From contig CP075493.1 in assembly GCA_021613535.1 (NCBI GenBank), positions 3,286,001 to 3,350,000 of the forward strand: 64,000 nucleotides of DNA. Direction: 5' to 3'. Shown piece after piece: positions 27,178 through 44,344 of this stretch (the stretch's first letter is position 1; every line of letters begins with the position of its first letter). The notes under the pieces are model-generated. The model did no database searches, was not told where the DNA came from, and saw only the letters and a program-made list of their open reading frames with translations. Position numbers and translations under genes: made by a program. Source of the stretch: Adineta vaga. Taxonomy: Eukaryota > Animalia > Rotifera.

Positions 27178-27645
27178 AGTTTTTATATACTGTTTTTTTT
27201 ATCTGAAAATTAAGAATAAAAGGTTTGATATTGTGAAGTGTGTAGCATTTGTACGCTATCAACACAATAGTCATAGTATCTATACAAAATCATTCATTTA
27301 GCTGATTCTGTATGTTTTTCTGTTCGCTTGCGACAACTATGAACACATCGTTTTCTGATTGGTGGAAAAGAAAAAAACTTGAAGTAAAAAAGGAAAAGAA
27401 AAACTTCAATTCCGATATTTTCTGTCAGACTTCGCTGTTTATTTTGATGCCGACAACAGTTACCGGAACCTGTTTGTATCGTCTGATTTTCCTTCTTATT
27501 GATGTCGTTAATGTACGTGTTGATATTCATTCTTGTTTTCTCTTCTTTCCGCTTTTTTTTCTTATTTACGATTTTTTTCTCGAAGACGAAGATGACTAAT
27601 AATGACAAGCAAATGATATACAATCACATTTTCTTTTTTTTGTAG

Positions 27646-31625
<3,980 letters not shown>

Positions 31626-32246
31626 TCTGAACAATGTTTCTCTATATTATTTTTCGATATTTCTTTATACATAAACTATAGTTGAAAGTCTTTCCTCTAC
31701 ATTCTTTTTCCGATGTTATACTTCGCTTATATTCCCTTAGATTGTCTATGTACAATAAACTAAGCAAGAGAGCATGTGCAAACTTTTTCGTCTATTTTAT
31801 GTTTATGTACAGTGAACAACATGAACTAACTAACAAAAATGAGATTTACTTATTTATCATACTTCGCATAGTTTCTGTTATTTATTTTTCTCTTCATGAT
31901 TTTGTTTTTGTTCTTATGTATTTTGCATATCTGCTCGAAACGTATATATATATCAAAGAGTTTATATGTTATCTTTTACCTTCTTTTACAGTTATATAAC
32001 AACTCCTGTTAGCCACTGTGGATCGAGATTTTCTTTCTTTCTTTCTTTTGTTGTTGTTGTTGTTGTTATTATTTCTTCTGCTTATGTATATTTAAACAAA
32101 TGAAAGTATATGGATGACGATGATGATGCCAAATATGTTCTTTATCGAAAGATAGCTAAAGGAAATTAGATTGATATCACTTTACAAGTACATAGAATGA
32201 AAAAAGGAAAATGTTAAATTTCAGCTTTAGATTATTTTGAATTGAT

Positions 32247-32931
32247 ATGACTTGGTCACCTTTGATCGGTTGGGTATTATTACCACAAATTGGTGGTATT
32301 CTAGGTGGCCTTGCAACTGCAACACAAATCAAAACTTGGTATGAGGTAAAATTTATCTATCTATGACTAATTAAAAGAGAAAATATCATTTGATGTTCTC
32401 GAAATAGAAATTATTGAAACCATCATGGCGACCACCAAATGCAGTTTTTGGTCCAGCTTGGACAATAATTTATCTTCTTATGGGCATTGCTTCGTATTTA
32501 GTAGCTCGAGATGGTAAAGGATCAGTTCGAACATTGACATTAACATTTTATTTCATTCAATTATTCTTAAATTGGTCATGGTCACCAGTTTTCTTTCTTT
32601 TGCATCAATTAGGAGCTGTAAGTCAAAACATATCAGTTATATTCCTATTTAAAAACATTCGTTTTAGGCAGTAGTGATTATACTTGTTTTATTTATTAAC
32701 ATTTTCATTTGTATTTTACAATTTTGGCATATTAATTCCTATGCTGGAATGTTAATGATCCCTTATCTCATTTGGGTCGGATATGGTAAGCATTTTTTCA
32801 CATATTTTACTATCTAATTTTTGTTAATTATAGCATCAGCATTGACTATTGCCATATGGCAATTAAATTCACCTTATGCTCAACCACCACCACGTCGTTC
32901 GAGACCAAAAGTTGATCCATATGAACAATAA
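32247..32931 (+). CDS. TSPO: Translocator protein (TspO/MBR family), paralogue 1, 4 exons
   Basis: [63 protein letters not shown]. Confidence 0.92.
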
Positions 32932-33026
32932 TTTTTCTTTCATTTTTCATTGTTTTTGCTATTTGTTTATTATAACAGATCTATATATGTCTATTCTCGC
33001 TTATAGATTTTTCGATCTTTTTTACT

Positions 33027-33699
33027 ATGAGCTTTTCGAAGATAGCACTTGGATTAACATTTCTACCTCATATAGGTAAATTTATACATGTACCTTTTAT
33101 TAAAAAAACATTATATTGTATTTTTTTATATAGGTGGTATTGTTGGTGGATTAATTACTCGAAATAATGTAAAACAATGGTATGTAATGCATGGGAAGGA
33201 AAACCAGAATATGACTTCGTTGTTCTATATAGGTATGAAACATTGGATCGACCACCATGGAGACCACCTAATTGGGCTTTTGGACCTGTTTGGACAAGTT
33301 TGTATACAATGATGGGTTATGCATCTTATCTTATTTATCGTGATGGTATTGGTCAAAGTCGAGAACGTGCTCTGACACTTTATGGTTCACAACTTCTCTT
33401 AAATTGGCTTTGGACACCTATCTTTTTCGGTTATCATAAATTAGGATTGGTATATTTAAGATTATTATAGAAAATATTCAAATATTTATCTCTTTTTTTT
33501 CTCTTTCTCTTAATATTCATTATAGGCATTTGCTGAAATAACTTTACTCTTAGCTAATATTGGTTTATGTATCAATGCATTCTATCCAATTAATCGTACA
33601 GCTGCCTATCTCTTAGTACCTTATTTTGGTTGGGTATCATTAGCAACAACATTATCATATTCCATTTGGCAACGAAATAAAGACAAAAAAAGAAATTAA
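33027..33699 (+). CDS. TSPO: Translocator protein (TspO/MBR family), paralogue 2, 4 exons
   Basis: [70 protein letters not shown]. Confidence 0.92.
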
Positions 33700-34016
33700 T
33701 GTACTTTTTCTTTTTTCTCCTCTAATAAACTTAAGAGTATCCAGTTAAAGCGATTCATCTCTTTCATCATTAGTGTAATTCGATACTTTACATAAGATCT
33801 GCAGATAGAAAAGAGTCCTATGAATTTCAATTTAATTTTTAATGGATAAGTTCGAAGAAAGTACGATTTCAATACATTGACTCGGGAAATCATGAGAGAT
33901 TAATTTCATATTGAATTTCTTTATTAATAATAGAGACAAGAAAATGATACATAGATAATATGACGAAAGAAAAAAGTCAAATTAATCTTAATGTTTTCAA
34001 TTCTGACGTAATGAAT

Positions 34017-36032
34017 TCATTGAACTAATGTTAATGAAGATGCTTTCTTTTGATTACGTCGAATTTTCTGTTGAAATAATGTGACAATCTGTTTAACTGC
34101 ATGACTCATGACACAATAACATATTGGATTAATGGCTGAGTTTGATAATGAGAATAATTGAAAAATAGGATTAACATATAGTACAAGAAACATTTTCTTA
34201 TCTGTATTTGAAGCATATGATGAATAGATCGCATCAGAATTCGATATTGTACTATTAGTATATGTATTTTCAAGTAAATATGTATTGGATGTTGCATCAA
34301 TATAAATCGATAGAATATGTATCGGAAGTCGTGTAATGAAGAAAACAATGACTACAAGAGAAGAAAAGTAATTGAAAATCAAAGTTCTTGTTTCTTTTTC
34401 TCGTTTGTTACCTAGCGTAATGAGTAATTTAACAACTCGACGACGACTATGTAAAAATCGACTTGCATGTTCAAAATCAACAACTGATCGACGTCGATGA
34501 TTATTGATATTAACCAAACGATTTTGACCTGGAATTGATGAAATACTTGAACGAAGAAGTCCACTTGTATATTGACTGATTGAATGACGTTGACGAATAG
34601 GTATTGGTCGTCCTTGAATATGTAATCGAACTGGATTATTCATATTTAATGTTGAATCATTTTCACTAAATCTTCGTAACATTGCTGGTCCTGTTGATAA
34701 TTGACGATAGTTTTGATTTTCCTGTAATAAAGTACTTCGTCGTTGTCGATTGGAGACTACTAATGAACGATAATCATCGGGATTTTGTCGATTTCGTGAA
34801 TAATCATTATTCCGATGATAATGCATATAAATTGATCGAGCTTTAGGTAATGAATTTGCTTGTATATCATTGAGAAAATCTTCTGATATTGTCGAAAATC
34901 GTGCAGCATTAAGAATTGATGTTGATAATGATGGTCGAACATTTGAATCAATAAACCAAAGTGCAAAACTTATTCGAATATAACAATATGTCATTAATGT
35001 TAATGGTAAAATAAAGAGAAGAAAAAGTAAAATAAAATCATAGACTAATCGTGCATTCATATTTCGATGCCAGTCTTCAGCACAAGCTGGTAATGTTGTA
35101 TCAAATGGATCAACAACTCGATGATGTAAACTAAGTGGTATCATAAGAAGAAATGCTAAAATCAAAACATTGATTGAAAAAAAAACATCATATTGAAAGA
35201 CAGAATTCATACAAGCAATCCATGTCATAATTATTGTTAATAATACTCGACTTGGTGTGCATAACAATTTCGAATGAATAGGTTTATGTATTGCAATAAA
35301 TCGATCAATACTAACTGAATAGAGAAATGATTTCTATAAAGAACAAATCTTTATCTTATAAAATTGTTATCTTACCAGCCATTAATGTAAAAATTGATAC
35401 AGCTACTGATGTACCTATAATAATGATCTATTTAAATTTTGAAAAAGAAAACAGATCAATATGACTTAGGTCACACTCTTGAGAATTCCTGTCAAAACAT
35501 GATAATTAGTTTATATCTGACTATGATGAAAGTTAATTGTTCCTTTTTTTCATTCATCAATAATCGGAAGATGACAAGCACGTTTCTATATCTATATATA
35601 AATGTATATTTAGAATTGAATTAATTTGCTTACGAACATCCATTGATTACTAATTTATTCTTTTGAAAAGAAATAAAAGACACAAAGTTTTTTACCTTGC
35701 ATAAATGGTACAAATCGACAAAGAAATTCGCCAAATATCCATTGTTTCTCATAATAATGATAGGCTGTTGGTGGTAGACAAATTAATGTTGCTATTAAAT
35801 CTGAGATGGCTAAATTAAGTAGAAATCGATTTGTTAAAGTTCGCATTCGTCGACGTTTTATAATCATGACAATAACGAAAATATTTGCCGTAAGACCAAT
35901 AAGAAATATGACTGCATAGGTAAAAAATAAAACACATGCAAAAATGAATGATGTTTGTGGTTGAAATTCTCTTGATGAAAATGATTTGGGTTTATGAGGA
36001 TAAGTTCCATTTGAATATATATCTTTCGACAT
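34017..36032 (-). CDS. Class A peptide GPCR (orexin/allatotropin/RFamide-receptor-like), about 4 exons
   Basis: GLTANIFV, MRTLTNRFLLNLAISDL, WIFGEFLCRFVPFMQG, VSIFTLMAVSIDRF, LPLTLMTYCYIRI, RRVVKLL, NSAINPICY. Confidence 0.88.
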
Positions 36033-37814
36033 TGTCAAATCTAATGTAAAAAAGAAATTGAATAAGAATGAGCAATTTATAAATGACGATTTTCCTCTCG
36101 AAATCATGGAAAGAAAAGAATCGCTAACCTTGATGTTGCCGAACGTATGTACGTACGATAGTAGTAGTTTTCCTGTTGTTAATCATTGACTATTATTATG
36201 CTGATCGGTCCGAAACACAACTACTGAATATATCTCTAACTAGTTTAAGGTTTTTTTCGAGTTGAAATGAAAAAAACAGGAAGAAAAACTTTCAATGTCA
36301 TAGAAGATTCTTCAAAGGAACTGCTATTTGGATGGAGACAAAAGCTTGCATCACTCAACTTACCTTTCCTTTACCATAGGAAAAAAGAAGAATTTGAAGA
36401 GAGAAAGTGAGAAGAAAAAAGAAAATATCCTGTTGTTAACAATGATAATGATGTTTCTTGTTATTGTCGATACTCTCTAATGTTTAGTCCTATATTTCGA
36501 AATAATGCATCCACCTACGTCGATACTCTTTAACTCAGAGTTATCTACTGTTTATTAACAATTTTAATCTATATGAATATATGTATTCGAAATGCAGACA
36601 AAGAAAATATTGTCTCAATAGAAGTATCTGTTCATTAAAAAATAAGACAAGAAAAAAGACGTTATTGTAGATTAATAAATGAATGAAAATGACAGCCAGA
36701 CATGCATGTATGCGTGTGACACATGAAAACACGCAAAAATCTAATGATTTCATACTGTATCAGACGTGTTAGAATTCTAATTTCTTTAATGAAGGTTACT
36801 TTAAACTTTGACGCATAAATACTAATGAAATAATCCGGAAACCTCGATTAAACTCAGATTTCTTCGATAGGTTCAAAAGTTTTGTTTTCTCTTTTTCCCT
36901 AGTACATTCGATTCTACTCATTTTGATTATGAAAGAAAACAGAGAGAGAGAGCGAAAGACTTCTATCGAAGGTTCTGGTATCTTTATAGGGAAGAGAACT
37001 AAAAGAAATATTCATTCAGAACAGCGGGGGTTGTTGACGTAGGAGTGTCAAAAATAAGTTATTTTATCATCTATGTATAAATATATGAATAGAAGAGGAA
37101 AATATATATGATTGACAAATATTACAAATCAATTGATTCTAATATTAAAAATATTTATATACATTCTATCAATAAATGATCAAGTATGATGCAATGATTC
37201 GGAAGAAGAATATTTGCTTTTTTTCTCTCGATAAAAATAGATTATGATAGACTGTTGTTCTACTGATGTTCATTGCTTAACAATGTCGATCGGTAGAATG
37301 AATTCAATATCGTACTGTAAACTAATGAGATCAATTAAATTGAAACAAAATCATTAATCTAAGATATAAGGTTCAAAAATGATGATACCTTTACGAATAA
37401 CAAACATTCAAGATAGTTAATGATTATTTTAGTTTGTTGTAATGCTCCTTTACTACTTGTGTTACATCTGAAATCAAAATCTGATCTATTTCTTGATTCT
37501 AATTTTGAGCAAACTATCATTATTAAATGTGATTTTCTTCAAAGATACAAGGAACATTGTATCTAAATTGCTGACTGTGCGAAATGCATCCTATGGTTTC
37601 ATCATAGACAGACAGTCTATATCTCACAATGAGCGACACTGAACAACGCCATCTGTTATTTCAATTTCAAATCTGTAATTTGTCAGAATATTACCATTCA
37701 GACATTTCCAAGAATATTTGTTTTATTTTGGATATGGACACATAGACAGTCAAAAAAAGTCTATCATTGTGCTGACGTGGATAGTATATTAAATTAAATT
37801 TATTGATTACAGAA

Positions 37815-40020
37815 ATGGAAAATATTGCTCTTAGCGATTCAAATGATGATATAACTAGCGAAACTCTCAGAGATGAAAGTTTATCACGACCACCTCCAGC
37901 AATGTTTTCTCAACAGCAGCATGTCACATCAGAATTACAAGATGCAGCTAATACAGATGTAACGAAAGGTAAGAGATTCTTTCTTAAAATACGATTTTTT
38001 ATTTCAATTTCGATTGTTATTTTCAAGCTTCATTTGTGCCATCTGCTGATACTCCATTTAAACCTCTTTTTCCTGCACCAGTAAATTCATCTCAGTTTTC
38101 ATCAAATAGTTCCCCACTGTTATTTCAACAAAGAGGATATAATATTCCTACATCGACAGTAAATCCACTACTACAATCACCATCATCCGTTCCGCAATTA
38201 CCATCGGCATTAATTCAACCTGCACTTCGTCCACCGATGGCTCCAAGTGCTTTTCAACCACCTACATCAGCATTTACACCATTGAATCCAGCTAATGGTC
38301 AACCGTCAATATCATTAATTCAACCAAAACTAACCATTGGAAATCAACCTACTCCACTTATACAACCAGGTCAATTTCCACTACCAAGATTACCGACAAC
38401 ACAAGGTATAGAAACAATAAATGCTCCACTATCGATGATAATACCACCTCCAACACAAGATATACCAATTACACAATCTGATACACACTTCGTTCCTCCT
38501 CCACCTCCACCTCCACCAACAGATCTCAATCGTCCAGTACCTCCTCCACCTTCTCAACAAATTGGCACATGTAAGTAAATTTCATCTTTGTCAATAGAAA
38601 AACTCAAGATGTCTTTCCTTTTTTCAGCAGCAACTAATCCATTTAGTGCTCGTGCTTCATTAACGGAACGTATCTATCCAAGTATGCCAATATCACAAGC
38701 TCCACTTCAACCACAACAATTACCTCCACCGATTAGTTTTCAACAACAACAAAATCCTTTATCGGCGCCAGTAAATACTATGTTTGTTCCACCACCACCT
38801 GTAGCTAATACAACGATGCCAAATATTTATTCAGGGTAAATAATTGAATCTGACAATTAAGTCAACGATCAAGATTCTGTTTTTTCTTAATTCTAGAACT
38901 GATACAAATATGTATAATCCGGGTTATCAATCTCCAGGTTAGTTTGTAAATTCAAATTTTAAATTGACTAAATTTGATATCATTATAGGTGAAGTCAATC
39001 CAACACCGTGGTCAAATTATCCACCACAACCGCCAGTGGCAATAGCAGCAGGTTATGATCATCAGCAGCAACAACAACAGCAAGATTTTTCATCGAGTAA
39101 TCCAAGTGGTATCTGGGGTTGGATTAGTAATAATAAAATGTTAGCAACAGTGGTTGAAAAAGCTAAGGTAAACTCATAGTTAGATTAAGATGAAAAGCAA
39201 ATTTAACATCAATGATATTTGTAGACTGGTATCGAAACAGTTATTACAACAGTTGATCCTCAAATGAAACAATATATTCGTAAGTGTTTCGTTTTTCCAC
39301 TTTATTTTAAGAGATTTTACATAATTTTTGTTTTTCAGAACCAGGTCATGATGTTCATATCGTTGTTACATCAGCGAAAGATGTGAAACTTACACCTGTA
39401 CGTGATGCATTTACACACGTATTTGGTCGAGCAACTACTCAAGGGATTGTAAGTTCTCTGAAAATACTTTCGAATAATTTGCATTACATTGTATTTCGTA
39501 GGGTGTTCAATCGAATGTTGCTCCACAACCAATAGGTTTTGAAGCTGGATTTAAAGGTTTGACCCTTTTTTTCTTTTAACAACAATGAAATATGTCTATT
39601 ATAATAGGTGCACAACAACGTATTGAAAATCTTCGTCGTCAAAATGTTGTTCATCCTGATCAATGTATTGTATCAATTGAGAATTTCATTGCTGAACTTG
39701 TTCCAGATATGTATTTTGATCTTGGTTATGTTCTTTTATCTGATCCATTAAATTCCATTGAATTACATCTATTTACTCAAGCGATTCCCGTACCTATTGA
39801 ATATGTCTATCAAGCACGTGATCGTACACCAGCAGATTATCCATTAAAATGGAGTGGTTATATGGTAACAATCGGAGAAATGCTTCATTCACAAATGCCA
39901 TTCGTTAATCCAGAAGATTGGCATGAAATGATGAGTGGAACATCGCGACGAGAAATTATCTATGCAACATGTAAAACTCTTGCATGTATGTATAAACAAA
40001 GATTAAATCGAAAACAATAA
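37815..40020 (+). CDS. PRRC1: Proline-rich coiled-coil protein 1 (Pro-rich N-terminus plus ITPase-like C-terminal domain)
   Basis: [83 protein letters not shown]. Confidence 0.9.
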
Positions 40021-40915
40021 CACTTATATCTCTTTTTTATGATTCTATTCAAATTTATTCTTTCTTTTTAAACGAAACACACACACACACACATAAAAAA
40101 AAGATATTTATATTGTGAAATTTATCTTTTCTTGCACTTATATATGTTCGTTTTTTCTCAATATGTTATTCAATTAGATAAAAATGAAAAAAAAACAGAA
40201 TATTAATGTTAATATATAATCTATTGAATCTTGTTAAAACATTAAAGCAAAAATATTTCGTAACGAATTCTGATTTGAATCGTTTCTAAAAATAGTCAAT
40301 GACTCGGAGGTCTACAAATTTTTATTCATTTCAATTAGTCTTATGAGTCATTCATGAAAACTAGATCTCTTCTGTAAGTATGAGTTATTAAATGTAAAAA
40401 TCATGCATAGAGGTTTATCTTTTTCCAAATAGAGTGAATGAATCATTGTAATTCAAGTCCATTTTCTTTTGTATAAAAGACAAAATATTTTCACAACATG
40501 TTATTTTTTCATCAGTCTCAATACTTTTCAAAATGTGATGTTATTCTTATTTCGTCTTTCGCCATAGGTTAAATTTACTTTAGTTGTTAGGAAGGAATGA
40601 TCGATGAATCTCGCTTGAGTATATCGAAAATTGGACTCTACTCATCTGCATCATATCTCGACGATTGACTATAGTGACATCTCTTTATATTTTTATTGTC
40701 AAAATATGAATCGTTTTTCAAGCTAAATTAATACCACTGCCATATATTTTTTTTGTTCATTACACTAGTGATTAAGTAGACGTAATATCTACAGATAAGA
40801 TAGTCTAGTCATTTCAATGGCTATTGTAATTGACATATCAAAATGTTGTTGGCTGTCAAATTCGGACACGAATATTGATAATAAATATTTATTGCATGAT
40901 TTAAGATTTGTGAAA

Positions 40916-42556
40916 ATGAGCGTTTCATTAAATGAACGTCAATCATTAATGGAAAATCAACAGCTGCTTGAACATCTTTCACAGAATGAAATTTTAGGTT
41001 TAAATGATCTCATTGGAAATCAATGTAAAGTATGTTTAAAGATTTTGTTCTGTTAGAATTTCATCGTTCTAGTTTACATGTTTAGAGTTTAGCAGCAGCT
41101 ATCGTTCAGATCTTACATGAAAATGGAGGTAGATGGAAGAAACAAGCGTGTGGAGTTTTATGTTTCATTACGGATTATAATAAACAAATCTATTGTTTTC
41201 GTTTGTATGACCTTCGAGTAAGAAAAGTTGCTTTTCGTTTATGAGTATAGGTAAAATTCTTTGTTTCTTTATTAGGCAAAAGAGTCAATTTATGAAGGAC
41301 TAGTACTTAGTTGTTTACGATTAAATAAAGTACTCGATACTTTCTATACATTCGATGGCATGGTAAGAATTCAATTTTGATGTTTCTTTTTCTTTGTATG
41401 GTTTAATATAGACTTGTAAAGTGGGCATTAATTTTCTAAATTCAACGGAAGCGGAAACATTTTGTAATCAAGTTCATACAAAACAAGAAAATCGTCAAAG
41501 TAGAATAAAATATTCGAATTTATTTTTCTATAAATTTTGTTGTAATAGAAAAAGAGAAAAGCAAAATCTCAATATCAGCATCGCCAATAAAAGGTATCAT
41601 CTCAAAATGTATGAAATCATTTGTTTATTTAATGATTAGCATAATAAGAGGCAATTTTCTCTCATTTAGATTCATCCATTTCAAAAGGTAGTTCTTCGAG
41701 TAAAAGAACATCTAAAACACCTATTATATCTAATCCAACAAAGTATGTGCCATGAAATCTTTTTCAAATATAATTTTCCTTTTGTTTTTTTTTCAGTTTT
41801 ACACAAATTATTGGTATTGGACCTAATGGAGTACGTATATATTATATTGATTATATAAAAGTGTATATTTCTTTCTCTGATATGTTCATTTATAGAGTTA
41901 TGTGACAGACGATGCGCATAAAAAATTATTCGAAGAAGTCTTAGCTTGCATGGATCTATCATCGAAAGACAAAAAATTCATTCGAAAAAGTGTTTATGAA
42001 AACCATACAACAATGGAAGCACTTTTCACAAGTAAAATTTCTCAATAGTTCTTTCGGCAAAGTTTCAAATTGATTGATATCTTTAGAATCAGTCCATACC
42101 GATCGTATTGTACAACAATCAACAGCTCCTCCAATTCCACCACGACCTATTCATCCTGTCGTAGAAGTTCCTGATTACACTTCACCACCACCTATGATTG
42201 AAATAATTTCTGAACAATCTGTAAATCCTAATTCCAAAACATTTCAAGACGATATATGTAATTTTGATCCAACAACTTTAAAAGTATGTGTTAATTTCGA
42301 TTTTCATCAGCTCTTATATGTGTTTTTCTTAGCCGATTCGAATTCGTTTACCATCTCCAACAAAAAAATCCGATTCTGACTTGCGACAGACATTAGAAAT
42401 GAATATTCTTGAAAAGCTTTGTGCTCGACGAGCTATAATCAGTAAAAACTCTTTTTCTCAATTAAATATTGAATAATATGATTTTACTTTTTCTTAGGAA
42501 AAGAGACTGATGTTGATGATTGTGATGAGAAGTCAGACGATTCTGAATGGGATTGA
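40916..42556 (+). CDS. WASP-like actin nucleation-promoting factor, compact and divergent (WH1, CRIB-like, short Pro region, WH2, C, A)
   Basis: WH1 LSQNE..LIGNQCKSLAAAIVQ..WKKQACGVLCFI..YCFRLYD..KVGINFLNSTEAETF; ISNPTNF; FQDDICNFDPTTLKP; LCARRAII; acidic end DDCDEKSDDSEWD*. Confidence 0.8.
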
Positions 42557-42949
42557 TGGCTATTATTAATCATTATTGCTATTAAGATAATACAACTCGA
42601 GAATGAGTTCAAATGGTTACTATTTACTTGTGATATAACGATCTATTTTATCTGAATTAATCAAATAAAGACTAAAAGCCTTCTGTTTTATTGTTTTATT
42701 TGCGTATTGAAAATTTTCTTCCGTTTTCACATATAATGATTCATAAGTTTGAGTCAATATTTACAGTCTAGTTCACCTTACCACTATGCGCAATAATCAT
42801 AAACTTATGTCTCTTAAGGTTTTATCAAGTTGATAAACGACGGATAACTTTTTCTTTCAAATATTTTGTGAGAATTCGATAACATGAAACTTTTGATTCA
42901 TTTATATATACTTTGGTATTTTTTCGTCGTATAAATAGTTTATTTATTA

Positions 42950-43985
42950 TCAAAGTGTATGTAACAATCGTTTCATTATTGGACTAATATTCAGTCCATC
43001 TAATTTGCGATCTAAACTGTCAAAATCACATTTTTCAATAACATCTTTTGTTAATTGTTCATCATCACAATTGTTATAATAAGGCGATGAATTGTATAAC
43101 ATACGTTCACAAAATGCTAATATACCTGCATAAGTTTCGAATGTAAATTCATAGTTTTGATTAGTTAAATCGAGTAGTTGACAAAGATTCGTATATTTTA
43201 CTTTTGTAAAATTTTCTTGATGAATATCACGTATTGATGAGAATAAATCCGATATTTCGAAAAGATGTCGTTTATTTCGATATTTATGAAATAGACGTTT
43301 AAATTGATATTGTCGACGGGATGATAAACGACAATATTTCGTTATATAATCGAGTGGAGTGAATGTTTCAAGTAGTTTTAAGTCATATGGTAATTCAAAA
43401 CGACAAGCCTGGGAAAAAAAAAGAAATCGAATAGATAATCATTTTTCTTCTGAGAACAAACTTGTTGAGATAGTGGTACTGGACCGATTGATGAAGCACT
43501 AGCACTTTGTTTTATTTTAGTTAATAAATCTATTGTTTCTTGATTTACTTTAACTTCATCGTTTTCAATCATAGGAATCGATGGATAAATTTTACTAAGA
43601 ATTTCCAATTCAGATTTAACTGTTTCATTTAAACTTTGTTGTTGAATTAGCTTTGATTTGACTTCTTTTGTGTCGGTGTATTGATTGGCGAAGATTGAAG
43701 AACATTTTCGATAGATCTATCGATTATCGGTTTGTTAGTCGCTATGGATGGTTTTACTTTGGGAATCGTGCCATTCGGTTTGATCGATGATCGTCTTGTT
43801 TGAAGATTGGAAAAATTTATCGATGGACGAAGAGAACTTCTGCGATTTGTAGTAGCAATACCCATTTTACCAACAATGATTGAATTTTGTAATACTTCAT
43901 CATTTGTTTCGAAATTTGTCGGTGTTTCTGGTTTATAATCCACAAAAACGACTTGTTTTTTCCGAGACATTTCGAATTGTTTCAT
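42950..43985 (-). CDS. Uncharacterised protein with basic disordered N-terminus and helical, EF-hand-like C-terminal domain; 3 exons
   Basis: A 41-nt intron (GTAAAA...GACTAAC...ATAG, about 43718-43758) joins the two ORFs; C-terminus TPLDYITKYCRLSSRRQYQFKRLF...FETYAGILAFCER...IEKCDFDSLDRKLDGL...LLHTL*. Confidence 0.65.
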
Positions 43986-44255
43986 ATCACTTCTTCTAGT
44001 TGACAATTTTAAAACAAATGTTGTAGTTTAGTAACTGAAAAGATTCTATTAACATTACTGTCTGATAAGGAATGAAAAACAGATTAATATTTATTTTTCT
44101 TTACTTTTACTGTAAAACAACTACTTCTAAGAATTTATAGATATGTGATATGAATTTTTCGATTTTGTTTTTATTAGGAGATAGATAATGACCATTTACT
44201 GACAGATATCATAATATTTTCCAGTAGAAATATAGAAATTACAAAGAAAACATCA

Positions 44256-44267
44256 TATGACGTCATA
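44256..44267. promoter_or_regulatory. 12-bp palindrome TATGACGTCATA (CRE/ATF site) in the divergent promoter upstream of EIF2B1
   Basis: Exact extended palindrome about 80 bp before the EIF2B1 ATG. Confidence 0.45.
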
Positions 44268-44344
44268 CATATATTTACATTGCATCATCTTTTGCATGTC
44301 TATTTCAGATGACGAATAATACGTCTCTGAGTGAAAATCAAAAC

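Noticed and set aside
27312-27623. Overlapping short ORFs upstream of NEDD4
   Set aside because: No recognisable motifs, and I could not find a phase-compatible first exon with confidence; likely 5' UTR or intron sequence.
43647-43760. Apparent frameshift in the minus-strand gene
   Set aside because: Resolved by a 41-nt GT-AG intron with a CTAAC branch point.
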